DNA of 64,000 nt, from NCBI GenBank assembly GCA_965644295.1, contig CBFFRP010000410.1:62001-126000 (forward strand), written 5' to 3'. A program made the position numbers and the translations under genes. The DNA comes from Paraphysomonas bandaiensis (Eukaryota > Protista > Chrysophyceae). Of the stretch, positions 50,483 through 61,000 are shown piece by piece. The notes beneath the pieces are model-generated. The model was not told where the DNA came from, ran no database searches, and saw only the letters and a program-made list of their open reading frames with translations. Position 1 is the stretch's first letter. The number at the start of each line of letters is the position of its first letter.

Positions 50483-52428
50483 GGGATCTATTTTTCGACC
50501 TAGTCAATTTGGGGGAATTTCCTAGTCACACCAAAATTGGTGTAATAACCTAGTCAAAAGGTTGAAAAACCTAGTCATTAAACAATTAGATTTTTAACTT
50601 TACAATGACTAGGTTGACTAGGTGGAATTGAGTATTCACCTAGTTAAACAGGGGAGCATACTATAGCTATAAATTAAATTCTATATGCCTCACACTTCGT
50701 CTTCACAGTCGAATGCAAATTGGGCTGTTTCTGATGACCAAGTCCGGTGTAGCTCCACAGCAATCTTCATTTCATGGGCATCGAACCCCACAATCTTCGG
50801 ATGAGCAAGGATGTCATCTGGAGCATCAGAAAACCGACACTGCCAGCGAAGAATTTTTTTATTTCTGTGGTTCGGCACCACGAGGTAATCCACGCACATA
50901 CCATTCAGGTACTGTGGGTGGCGAACATACGCGTTCTTCCAGTCCCCTGGCTTAAGGGCCTCCACATCTATGGGGTCATCGTTGATAAGTGCCCTAGCTG
51001 CATTGCGAGGCCGGCCGCGTTTCCTTGCAGGCCTGATAGTGCTCGCCATGTGCTTTACATCAATGTCCCCTAAGGACATAATTAATATATGTAAGGGTGT
51101 GTAAGTGACATACACATACCTCGCAAGTGATGTACGGCTAGGGAGTGGGAGCAGTAACGACCATTGTCCCAAAACCGCGGACAGCTGCAAATAAGAGAGG
51201 TATAGGTCCTACGCTTTATTTTGTAAATTAAAAGGAACTTCTCGAACAACAAACATACTGAGGAATCTGTTATATAGAATGATTAGTACATAAATAAAGA
51301 AGTACAATATTTATTTCACCTCTCCCTACATTCCTCTACTTGATATTATGTGTCTCTTCCTTTAACGCAATGGAACATATCTATGAAAGACTTGGTCATT
51401 CGATTCTCACCGGTGTGTTCAATGAACAAGTTTTTCTTTGAGTTCACATACCTATTAGAAAACTTATGTTACTGACGCATATTATATAATAAATTAGAGT
51501 TACTAACCAATGGACTTCATTTCTACCTTTCACTACTACATCCATGCGTTTACAGTTTTGAGGACCTGGATCAATAATAGAGCATGCACCAAGCAGGCAG
51601 TCTCGATGCACGTGACCATGTTGCAGTAAAGCAAGCTGATCATTACATAAGAAATTGACCCTAGTGACCCGGTACTTTTCTCGCAGATGTCTCAACATAG
51701 AAGGAATAGAGACCTCTATAAAATGTGCCATAGCCGCCCTCTCCTTAATCTGTAACTTAATAGATCGAAATAATGACTCCGATGTATTGTTCTGCGGGGC
51801 GTGACCGGGTATGCCCGGTGCCCCTACGTTGAATGTACCCCCAGTCCACTCCTCAGCGAGGTATATCTATAGTAGTGAATGTCGTCTTATTAGCAATAGC
51901 CGTGTAGTAGAACTAGAAGCAAGGTATACCTTGCAAAACCAGTCTGCATAGTCATCTTCACCATTACTTCGCCACTCTCTAACTTGTTGTCACACTTGTG
52001 CATGATAATTCATAGTTATATTATTAAACTAAGTGATGCTGATAGACCCCCCCCAGAGTACAAGATTTCATCAATGTTTCTGAAGGCGACTGAAGGACAT
52101 CTATGGAGATTGTGTTGAGAAAGAATGGTGTACAAAAGCCTACTTGAGCATTGTAGAGAGCGATGGAGTCCTGCCCATGCTGTTATATCTTACTATATTA
52201 CTTCTCTTTAGCTTTGTGTTCGCCTGATCTATGTTGTATTGATTTTAATTCACCTTCTATGACCTCATGCTTCTGTAATTCGTAGCTATATGCGAGTACA
52301 ATTCATGACTAGGTTTAATACTATAATTGGCTAGGTTGAGTCATTTATTGCTTTGACTAGGTTATTACACCAATTTTGGAGTGACTAGGAAAGTCCACCA
52401 AATTGACTAGGTCGAATAATATATCCCC
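50483..52428 (-). mobile_element. Mutator-like (MULE) element with about 80-bp TIRs and a deleted/decayed SWIM-containing transposase
   Basis: TIR gggatctatttttcgacctagtcaatttgg...ggtgtaataacctagtcaaa is mirrored at about 52351-52428, with ATATATATA on both flanks. Minus strand encodes YADWFCK|IYLAEEW, PQNNTSESLFRSIK, SWIM CSCPRFWDNGRYCSH (51121-51189) and an AT-hook RKRGRPR. Confidence 0.85.
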
Positions 52429-53026
52429 ATATATATATATATATGTATATCAAGAGTCTGAGTCTCTTGTTCGTGGATCCAAACAGGTGTCCAATAACTT
52501 CATTCATATACAGACACATAGACTGACAAAGTAACATATAACAGACTAACGATCTATTGCAATTAAGAGGGTCTGCTATCTATCGTTTGATTAACAAGGG
52601 CGTATGAGCATGTATAGAGTCTATGAATATTCTTGTATTCGAATCTATTGTAAACTATTACATTGTCACTTGTCACTATTACCATGATGTAGATGGTAGA
52701 TGGTAGATTGCGACTTGTGGTAATTGATATTAAGCACTATCATATATACTATATAAATAATAATAAGAATTATTTCGAACAGCTTAATATATATTAAATC
52801 ACCTTAAATATTTACCTCGAAGTAGGTCAACACAACAGTTGAATTTAGCTATAAGATGTCCCATACTTCTAAATAGGCACATTGGCGAGAAAAGGCTGCA
52901 TACATTAATCTATATAACGACATTGTTGGAGACATAAACAGCATGAATAAAACCCACAAGGTCGTACCAGCCAATTCGAACAACAGCCCTCCTATTACTA
53001 TAGTAAATAATAGAAAAGTTTGCTGC

Positions 53027-54163
53027 TTATAGAATCTCCAGAACGGCAGCTTCTCCATCTCGTGCATATTTTCCTTTGTACTTGTTGAACAAATCTTGAT
53101 AGCCTTTCAAAAATAGTGCGTGGTACTTGTCGATATCCTCTGAGCTTGGAGAGTCTAACTTAGGTAACTCGATTACTTTTCCAACGACGACATTGAAATC
53201 CATATCATTATCAGGCATAAATAAATACTTTCCCACAAAGATACAAGTGGGAATATGGAATTTATTTAACCATAGTGCCCACGACTTGGGCAACAAATCA
53301 ACAGTCCTGTTTGAAGAGTTATTGTGATGAATAATAAACATGTGTGGTGCCATACCAAAACGTTAGCTCTTCACCAAATGCGTACACTGGCATGATAGAA
53401 TAGCCATACTGCAGAGCGTACTGTCATGGTGAACAACAACGTATTACTTGGACACACTGAGAATAGCTTTTACTTACCTTGATGAAGCCTTTTTTCTGTT
53501 TAAGAAAAAGTCGGTGCTTTCCTCGCTTGAACATGGTTGCCTCCTGAAATCCACCAGGGATAAGGCCGATATTGCACCCAGTTTTCATGATGCTCCGCAT
53601 GGATGGTGGCGAACATGAATGGCAACCCGTCCACCTGCAGACCCAATAATGCATACTTAGGCTGTATGAATCAACTAACAATCTAATTATCTTACCTCAT
53701 AATATCTTGAACAAATGGCAAGGTCATCATAGCCGGAGCAACCAACCACTTGGTGTCGGTATCATAAAATGATCGTGATGATATCACAAATGACCATCCG
53801 AGAGTTAGAATACCGTGAGGGGCAACCGATATCAGAGTCTTTGAATAAGGCTTGGGAGCTTTAGAGTTATTATCAAATATGATCCTAATATAACAATAGT
53901 ACATATATTAAGGCCATAAGAAACATACGTGATCCCTACCTCGCCGAATTGCAATATGGGGTATCATCAGTCATGAGTACCTGTCTCATCCATTCCCATT
54001 TTGATGCAGGGAATATACTTCTTATAGAATAGTAGATAACTAGTGCAATAATAGGGAGATATACGTTAAATACCATGCATAATAGAGCTATTGGTATGGC
54101 AAATGCCCCTCCTAGCCATAGTGCATAGAAGAAGCATAGATTGCGGAAAGCACGAAAATGCAT
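53027..54163 (-). CDS. DGAT2: DGAT2/MGAT-family acyltransferase (5 exons)
   Basis: VAPHGIL, LIPGGFQEA, RLFLKQKKGFIK, PVYAFGE, VVVGKVI and IDKYHALF, with N-terminal TM segments. Confidence 0.9.
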
Positions 54164-54431
54164 TACTTGTATATGATAGTATGGTAGTTAGGGAAAGGAA
54201 AATATCATATGTAGTATGTGTAGATTGAGTTATGGTGTTCTATAGATGCAATTGATATGGCGTCATCTTAAAGTAGAGAGGAGAGTGTACTCAACTGCTA
54301 CTGTGTGTGAGTACATGTACTGGTGTATTTATGTACCTGACGGCGTACTCTATATGACAGAGTATTCCTGCGTGTACACAGGTACTAGTACTGTAGTACT
54401 ATTGTGTGAACCACTCGTACATCTACAACCC

Positions 54432-54598
54432 ATAGAAAGTACTGCTGTACTGCTACGAGGAATACACAACCGTGCATCAGTACACTTCACCAGTACAGCA
54501 GTACATCTAGCCATACGACGTAGATAGAATAGAAAGTACTGCTGTACTGCTACAAGAAATACCGAACCGTGCATCAGTACACTCCATCAGTACAGTAG
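54432..54598. repeat. Direct repeat of about 70 bp, 2 copies (period 97)
   Basis: atagaaagtactgctgtactgctac...aaccgtgcatcagtacact at 54432 and 54529. Confidence 0.85.
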
Positions 54599-54717
54599 AG
54601 AAGTACCTAATGTATATATCTGTATATATCTAAGAGAAGATACTTGTGTGTTCATGTAGATGGAACATCTCATACATTAACAGAAAGATCAGCCAAATTA
54701 CACATTCAAAACTCATC

Positions 54718-55903
54718 ATGGGATGCTGCATACACTGCTGTGGTATATTCACTGATCCTGAAATTACATTTTACAATAAATATGGATATGAAAAATACAA
54801 AATTACATTTCAGTTTTTAAATTTACATGAAAAACATTTAAATATTTTACATAAATTATATATAAAAATACATACAAAAGATAATAGTATGATCGAGACA
54901 AAATTGTTTTTTACAGAAATTGGATATAAAATATTCCCATTTTTTCATCATATATTTACAATTTTTACAAATAATGACAATAAAAATTTAAAATTTATTG
55001 ATTTTGTATTCATTCTATGGAATATATGTACAATAGCTGACCGTGATCTCCCTCTATATATCCTTGAGCTCTATGACCCTCATGGGGGGGATCTCAGTCA
55101 TCATGTGGTTGAAGGGATACTCAAAGATATATACGACAAGGAGAGTTACGTTAATAAGCATACCTCAAAGTACGCAGCATGTTTATGTATGTATATACAT
55201 GTATGTGTGTATATATATGTGTATATATATGTGTATGTTATGTATGCGTGTGTATGTACGTATGTATATGTATGCGTATACGTGCTCTGTATATACAGTA
55301 TGTGTGTATATACATGCGCTGTGTGTATGTATGTATATGTATGTGTATATATGTGTGAGTTGACATCATGATATCTGCATGTATCTTCTCAGGCTACTGG
55401 ATTCTGCACGATCGAATAAATTCATAAGCAGAAAATTATTTTTGGAACACATGCAAGAGCATCCCAAAGCGTTGAAACCCATACGGTCCGTAATTAGCCA
55501 CCTACAACGACGCATTCTTGGTAAACGTACATGGAAAGAACTCTCCAATTACCGCGACATGAAAATTGGAAAGGGGAAGTATGTATCCATTCATAGCATT
55601 CTATCCAAATGCGGTGTTGATGATGCGTCGTCTATAAGTGGTAGACGAGCCTCCATAAATTCAATTAGTAGTGCTGCCTCGGAAAGGTCACTTGGCCAAC
55701 GAAGTGACAGCGGGCATCGAAATGAAAGCCGAAGCGGAAGTACTCGTAAATCCCGTGGATCAGTAAGTGGAGGAACTTCTAAAGGAGACTCCAAGGCTGT
55801 TGTCCGCAGGAAGTCTCTTGGGGAGATCACATCAGAACGTGGAGAGTTTACACCAAAGAAATCACGAAGATCTAGTAGAAGGACTTTTCCTGTTGACGGC
55901 TAG
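54718..55903 (+). CDS. Degenerate EF-hand (calcineurin B/recoverin-like) protein with a basic Ser/Arg-rich tail; 2 exons
   Basis: MGCC N-terminus; IFTNNDNKNLKFIDFVFILWNICT and LELYDPHGGDLS are EF-hand-like. TA/TG-rich intron at about 55169-55393. Confidence 0.6.
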
Positions 55904-57255
55904 AGACTGACTTTTATGTATTTTACAATATGTTAAGAGAAATATTATTGTCGTTTCATATATATTAAAATCCGAGGTACATTATATTATGCGTTTATAA
56001 TATTACGCGTGAATAATGCAATCATTGTTTGTATAGTGAATCACTATATTTCTGATTTATAGTTGTTAACACCTATATAATATATATAATTCCATTCAAA
56101 TTTAATAGCGGCCACATTGTTAGTTTTGTATGACATGTACCTATACCACTGTGACGATCATAGGATGACATTGCTTCTTACATATTGTTACATGAATCAG
56201 GACTGGCAACCATTCCCTGATCCCGGCAGTTATACTGGCATAAATGAAAAATATCCCGGCAATTATAATGGCCATTAATGGGCCTTTAACCTTTAATCAC
56301 CATTAATACCTAAGTAAATAATACCGCTCAATAGATAGTGTGGTGCTCCCTTAACTATCATGTTAGTTAAATAACAGGCTACGAATCGTAACTACTTCTC
56401 GATCTCCACTGGCACATCAGGATCTTCTTGCACGACTTCATGTAATTGGGTCATAGGAATAGCAACGATTCTAAACTCTAAACGTTATGGATTCATGTTT
56501 CTACGGTCAGGTGCACGACTACAGAGAGCCTCTCAATAATACACTAGATTTTGCTACGATATAATGCAATCAGCGGTAGTTGCTCGAAAAGGTACCAAGT
56601 CGAGCCCTCTTGGTGACCTCAGCGCGGTCCAGATCACGCTGTACAAAATCAGTTCCTACACTTTTGTCGTGATTGCTGTCGGATGAGAGCAAACTGGCTT
56701 TCTAAAAGGTATTTAGATCTTTCATCAAGGAATGTCAGTTGATTCGTTCAGAAAACAACATAAAATCCGAATGAAGGAAGGTGATTTGGTGGTTCTGCGA
56801 ATCCATTCGGAAAAAGACTGTAAATTACACAGTTGCCGTCAACGGCTTTGGCATCATAGCTTAATGTACGCTATAATTACATAGTGTTTTTTTGTGTAGT
56901 TGAATACTGTAGCTCTTTCAACTTACTTTGGGGTAAAAGAGTATTTTTAAGAATGTTTTCTACATGAAATATGCTTGTTATCATTGATTTTTTTAGAATT
57001 TTTGAGTATGAGCACGTTGTTATGTTGTTGCTCAAGAGCTATTTTCTAACTCTTGTAGCAATAAGTTAGCCGCTGATAATGAACAAACTTGCCACAAAGT
57101 AGCTATAGAGTTGCATGAACATTGTTTACCATTGTTTAGATTTCACTTAGTTCTATATACCAGTACTTATTGAATATTAGTCATCTTCACAATTAAGATC
57201 TTAAAGAGAAGTTTATTGTAATCTAACTAGATAAACTCTTTTATTATATTTCATA

Positions 57256-57479
57256 CACAATTGTGTGTGTTGTCATGTAAAACATGTCAGCAACATGTTA
57301 ATCTATTTTGTTCAACCACTGCTCAACTCCGTATCTTGAATCGTCATGACACAATACTTCCGTTTCACAATTGTGTGTGTTGTCATGTAAAACATGTCAG
57401 CAACATGTTAATCTATTTTGTTCAACCACTGCTCAACTCCGTATCTTGAATCGTCATGACACAATACTTCCGATTCACA
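57256..57479. repeat. 110-bp near-perfect tandem duplication
   Basis: cacaattgtgtgtgttgtcatgtaaaac...cacaatacttccg at 57256 and 57366. Confidence 0.95.
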
Positions 57480-57532
57480 GCTATAGCTATATAGTATCTT
57501 TGACTACGTATACTGTTTTTCACATTGTATTT

Positions 57533-57617
57533 GGGCCTGGTAACCGTTAATGGTAATGCCATTTTAATTTCCGGGAACTGGACTACCATTAATGGGTCAT
57601 TAACGGTTACCAGGCCC
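57533..57617. repeat. Perfect 20-bp inverted repeat (mini-MITE-like, 85 bp)
   Basis: gggcctggtaaccgttaatg (57533-57552) and cattaacggttaccaggccc (57598-57617). Confidence 0.9.
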
Positions 57618-58032
57618 TGTATTCCACAGTCTAACCCTATTCCAACATTACATGCCAGTAATGGAATGCCGTTACCATTAACGGTTACCAAGCCTTGACA
57701 TGAATCACAGTCATTTAAGATAGCTTGACTGCGGCGAAGTGCACAAAATCAAGATATATGCGATAAATTCACTTTCTCTGTATTTCTGCACTACTTACAC
57801 AAGATATTTCAATTTAGTTCCAACAGTCTACACTGTAGCGAATGCTAAACACAAGTCGAATTATAAACAACATTAACACATACTCCTAAACACATAAATT
57901 ATAATTATTACATATTGACTGAGAATAATTATGCCTTGCCCACCAAAACATAGTACTCATATCTTATTCAAGCGCTACAACTTATACTTGGTAGCTCTGA
58001 TCAAATGATATCAACTTTTTGTTGAGATATTA

Positions 58033-61000
58033 TTATTTTGCTACTACAGCACGCATCAACTGCCCAAGCGGAAAGCTTCCAAAGGGACTAGAGCAGCGAG
58101 CAGCAATGCCATCGAGTGATTGCTGTACCTTCAATAGAGCCGTGTCAGTTTCCTACACAGTAAAATTAATGGCCAATCCGTACAACATACCTCAATCTTA
58201 CCTCTACACAGGAATCAGAATCAACATATGAGCTCTTGAGTTTAATTGATTGAATTGGAAGCAATTTCATGTCCCCTGATACGAGTGTATGAAGAGGGAT
58301 CCGTACGCAAGCTCCACTTGTATGTTGCATAACAACAGCATAGCCTTCGTTAAAAGAAGTTTGGGAAGACTTCTCAATATGCCATGTCCACTCGCACTCA
58401 GAAGCTAACATCTTATCCGCTAATGATGGTTGAAGGGGAGAAAGATTGCGACGGTTAAGCCATGATAAAACAGTGCGGAAGGACCCTACATACCCAGACA
58501 CCTGCACCACCAAATTATATTACAGATACATGCAGATGCAACAATAATAACCTGCTGAAGTAATTTCGGAATATCAGCGGGTTTATTCACTAATTGCAGT
58601 GACGCATCGCTTAGTGGCCCATCTCTGTACGACGAAGATAGGAAGTCAACGTAGTAAGCTGCAGCTAGTTTCGTCTCTTCTGATTGCAACAGAGCAAAGC
58701 TTTCCTCACCCATTGAATTTCGAGTAGGCGCTACATGAGCCGCGAACGAAGGAGTAGATTCGAAGTGTGTCACGGATAAGTGTCCATCCACCATACCCAT
58801 ATAAAAAGTCATATCCACCGTTACATCCTTCGTGACAAATACTCGCACAGAAATTTCGCTTGTCTTGTACGACAATATTCTGCACCAAGTTATATTGTTA
58901 ATAACACCTATTCGACTCTGAATATCTTCTATGTCTATCTCAGCCTTTTCTACTTCTTCATCGATGGTGTTAACAGCGGACTCAACGTCAGAATGTTGCT
59001 CATTCGAGGACTGATTCGCAAGCTCAATCAAACGGTCTTTCTTCTGCTGTACCAGTATTGAAACTGAGTCTCTCAACTCCTGCACCTGCATTCTTTTCTG
59101 CTCATACTGTTTCTTTGCGTCGTCAAGACGTTTCTTCATCGCATTTATTTGCTCCTCAACAGTCTGTGCTTCGTTCAATTGTCTTTCAGCCTCGGATTTC
59201 GCGACACGATCCTGCTCTTCAAACATTTCTTTCAGCTCAGCATTCTCCTCTCTCTGAGAGAGCTTTCTTGCGCCAATAGTCTCTGCGGCCACCATCATCA
59301 AGTCCTTCTCCCAGGTTCTCCATCGTAGGGACGTATTTCTCATGCAGACATCTACTTGACTCTTTAGAGCAGCCATATCAGGTTTGCTATTGGTGGTGAC
59401 GGCAAAAGCAGCGTGTCTAACAGATTCATACATGTCATTGGTCATACATGTACTCCATTTCTCATAAAGGTCTTCACTCTTGGGCAGAGAAGGGTTCTCG
59501 TCCGTTTCTTCGACAGCTGCACTCAAAACATCATATAAGGTACCAGCAACACCGGAGATGAACTCCTCCTCGGCTTCAGCAGAAAGTTCACATAGGCCGC
59601 CCTCCTCTGGTGATATTGAGAGCTTCTCTTGATAGCTCTTACAAAATTCCTTGATAACAGAGTAGAAGGAATCAGAGTCAATTTCATCCATGGATGGAGA
59701 GGTGTGCTCAGAGATATCCACTCCAATTCGTGAGAGGAAGTAATGAAAATCTTCAACAGGTGGACGCGACATCAGCTGAGTTGATATCACCATTGGCGAT
59801 GATATAGGTGTCTCGTCGTCAATATCTTCTTCTTCAATCTCTTCATCAGGCTTCTTAAGCTTTTTGGCAGACCGAGACAAGCGCAACGATGACAAAACCT
59901 CGTCACCATGTCTCTGAGTGATGCGTTTACTAGTGCTATCAGCCTGACGAGAGGCTAATGAGTGACGCTTCATGCCAATGGACATGCGACCAGTCAGAGC
60001 GAGTGGTGTCTGACATTGAGCAAGAGTCTGTTGTCGAGAGACGGCATTCAAACTTCTCAAGCGTCTCAACACACCAGGAGTTCCTCTAGGAGCTGGAGGA
60101 GCACATACACTTTTCCTCAAAGAAATACTGAGTGAGGAATATTCCATAAGATTATCGTCTTCATTCTCTACGTCACCCTCAGGAAGGGTACTGAAGCTAC
60201 TGTTGGCGACGCTCGTGTCCATGATGTATTGTCTCTGGTCCTCACCAATAAAAATATCTGATGTTGTAGATATATTGCCTTGCTCGTTTTCGGGAGTTAA
60301 ATTTGCTTTAGATGTGTCAATATCACTGACTTCTGTCTCCATATGAGGCTCAGAAGAAGTCTCCACTCTTTGAACGAGCGCACCAAGATTGGTCTCAAGC
60401 TCTTCAGTACACTCAGGCATATCGCTACAGTCGACATCAATTGACTGCTTCGAGGTATGAATTTCTTCAGGTGTATGAACATCTCTGTCAGAGCCAACTC
60501 TACTCATAAGGGCTCCAAGATTGGTCTCCAACTCTTCTGTGAATTCAGGCATATCGCTAGTACTTATTTCCTGAGATTTATTGGTCGAAGTTATTGGAGT
60601 ATTCACGGGCTTCTTAAACGATACCACACTCTCATCTGATGCAACAGATGACACAATCGACGAGTCACTAGGCGACGAAGATATACTAGTGGCTATTTGA
60701 GACATTCTGTTTGCTGCAGGAGATTTGCCGTCATCCTGAATGTCAGAAGTGGAATCAGTGTTTCCAATTAGTACATCTAGGCCTTTTGAACCACCAGATG
60801 ATGCTACTGAGTGAGAATCCGGTACGGCTGCGTTGACCCTACTAAGGGAGAGAGATGAATCAACAGACGCATTGGTAAGATCTGGAGCAGCTATGTTGCG
60901 CATTAAAGAGCTCAAATTCGACTCTAGAGTCATGGTTGCAGTATACTCCTCACGAGATTCCTCCATGGAGAGTTCTGCTTGTCGCATGGACTCATTCAAA

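Larger units (their letters stand above)
56198..57697. mobile_element. Non-autonomous hAT-like element, 1.5 kb, with an 8-bp TSD
   Basis: ACATGAAT at 56190-56197 and at 57698-57705. Termini CAGGACTGGCAACC and (reverse complement) CAAGGCTTGGTAACC. Subterminal ccattaatgg motifs at both ends. Confidence 0.75.

Noticed and set aside
35255-54163. Lipid metabolism gene cluster (carrier, ACSBG, DGAT2)
   Set aside because: The genes are far apart and interleaved with unrelated housekeeping genes.
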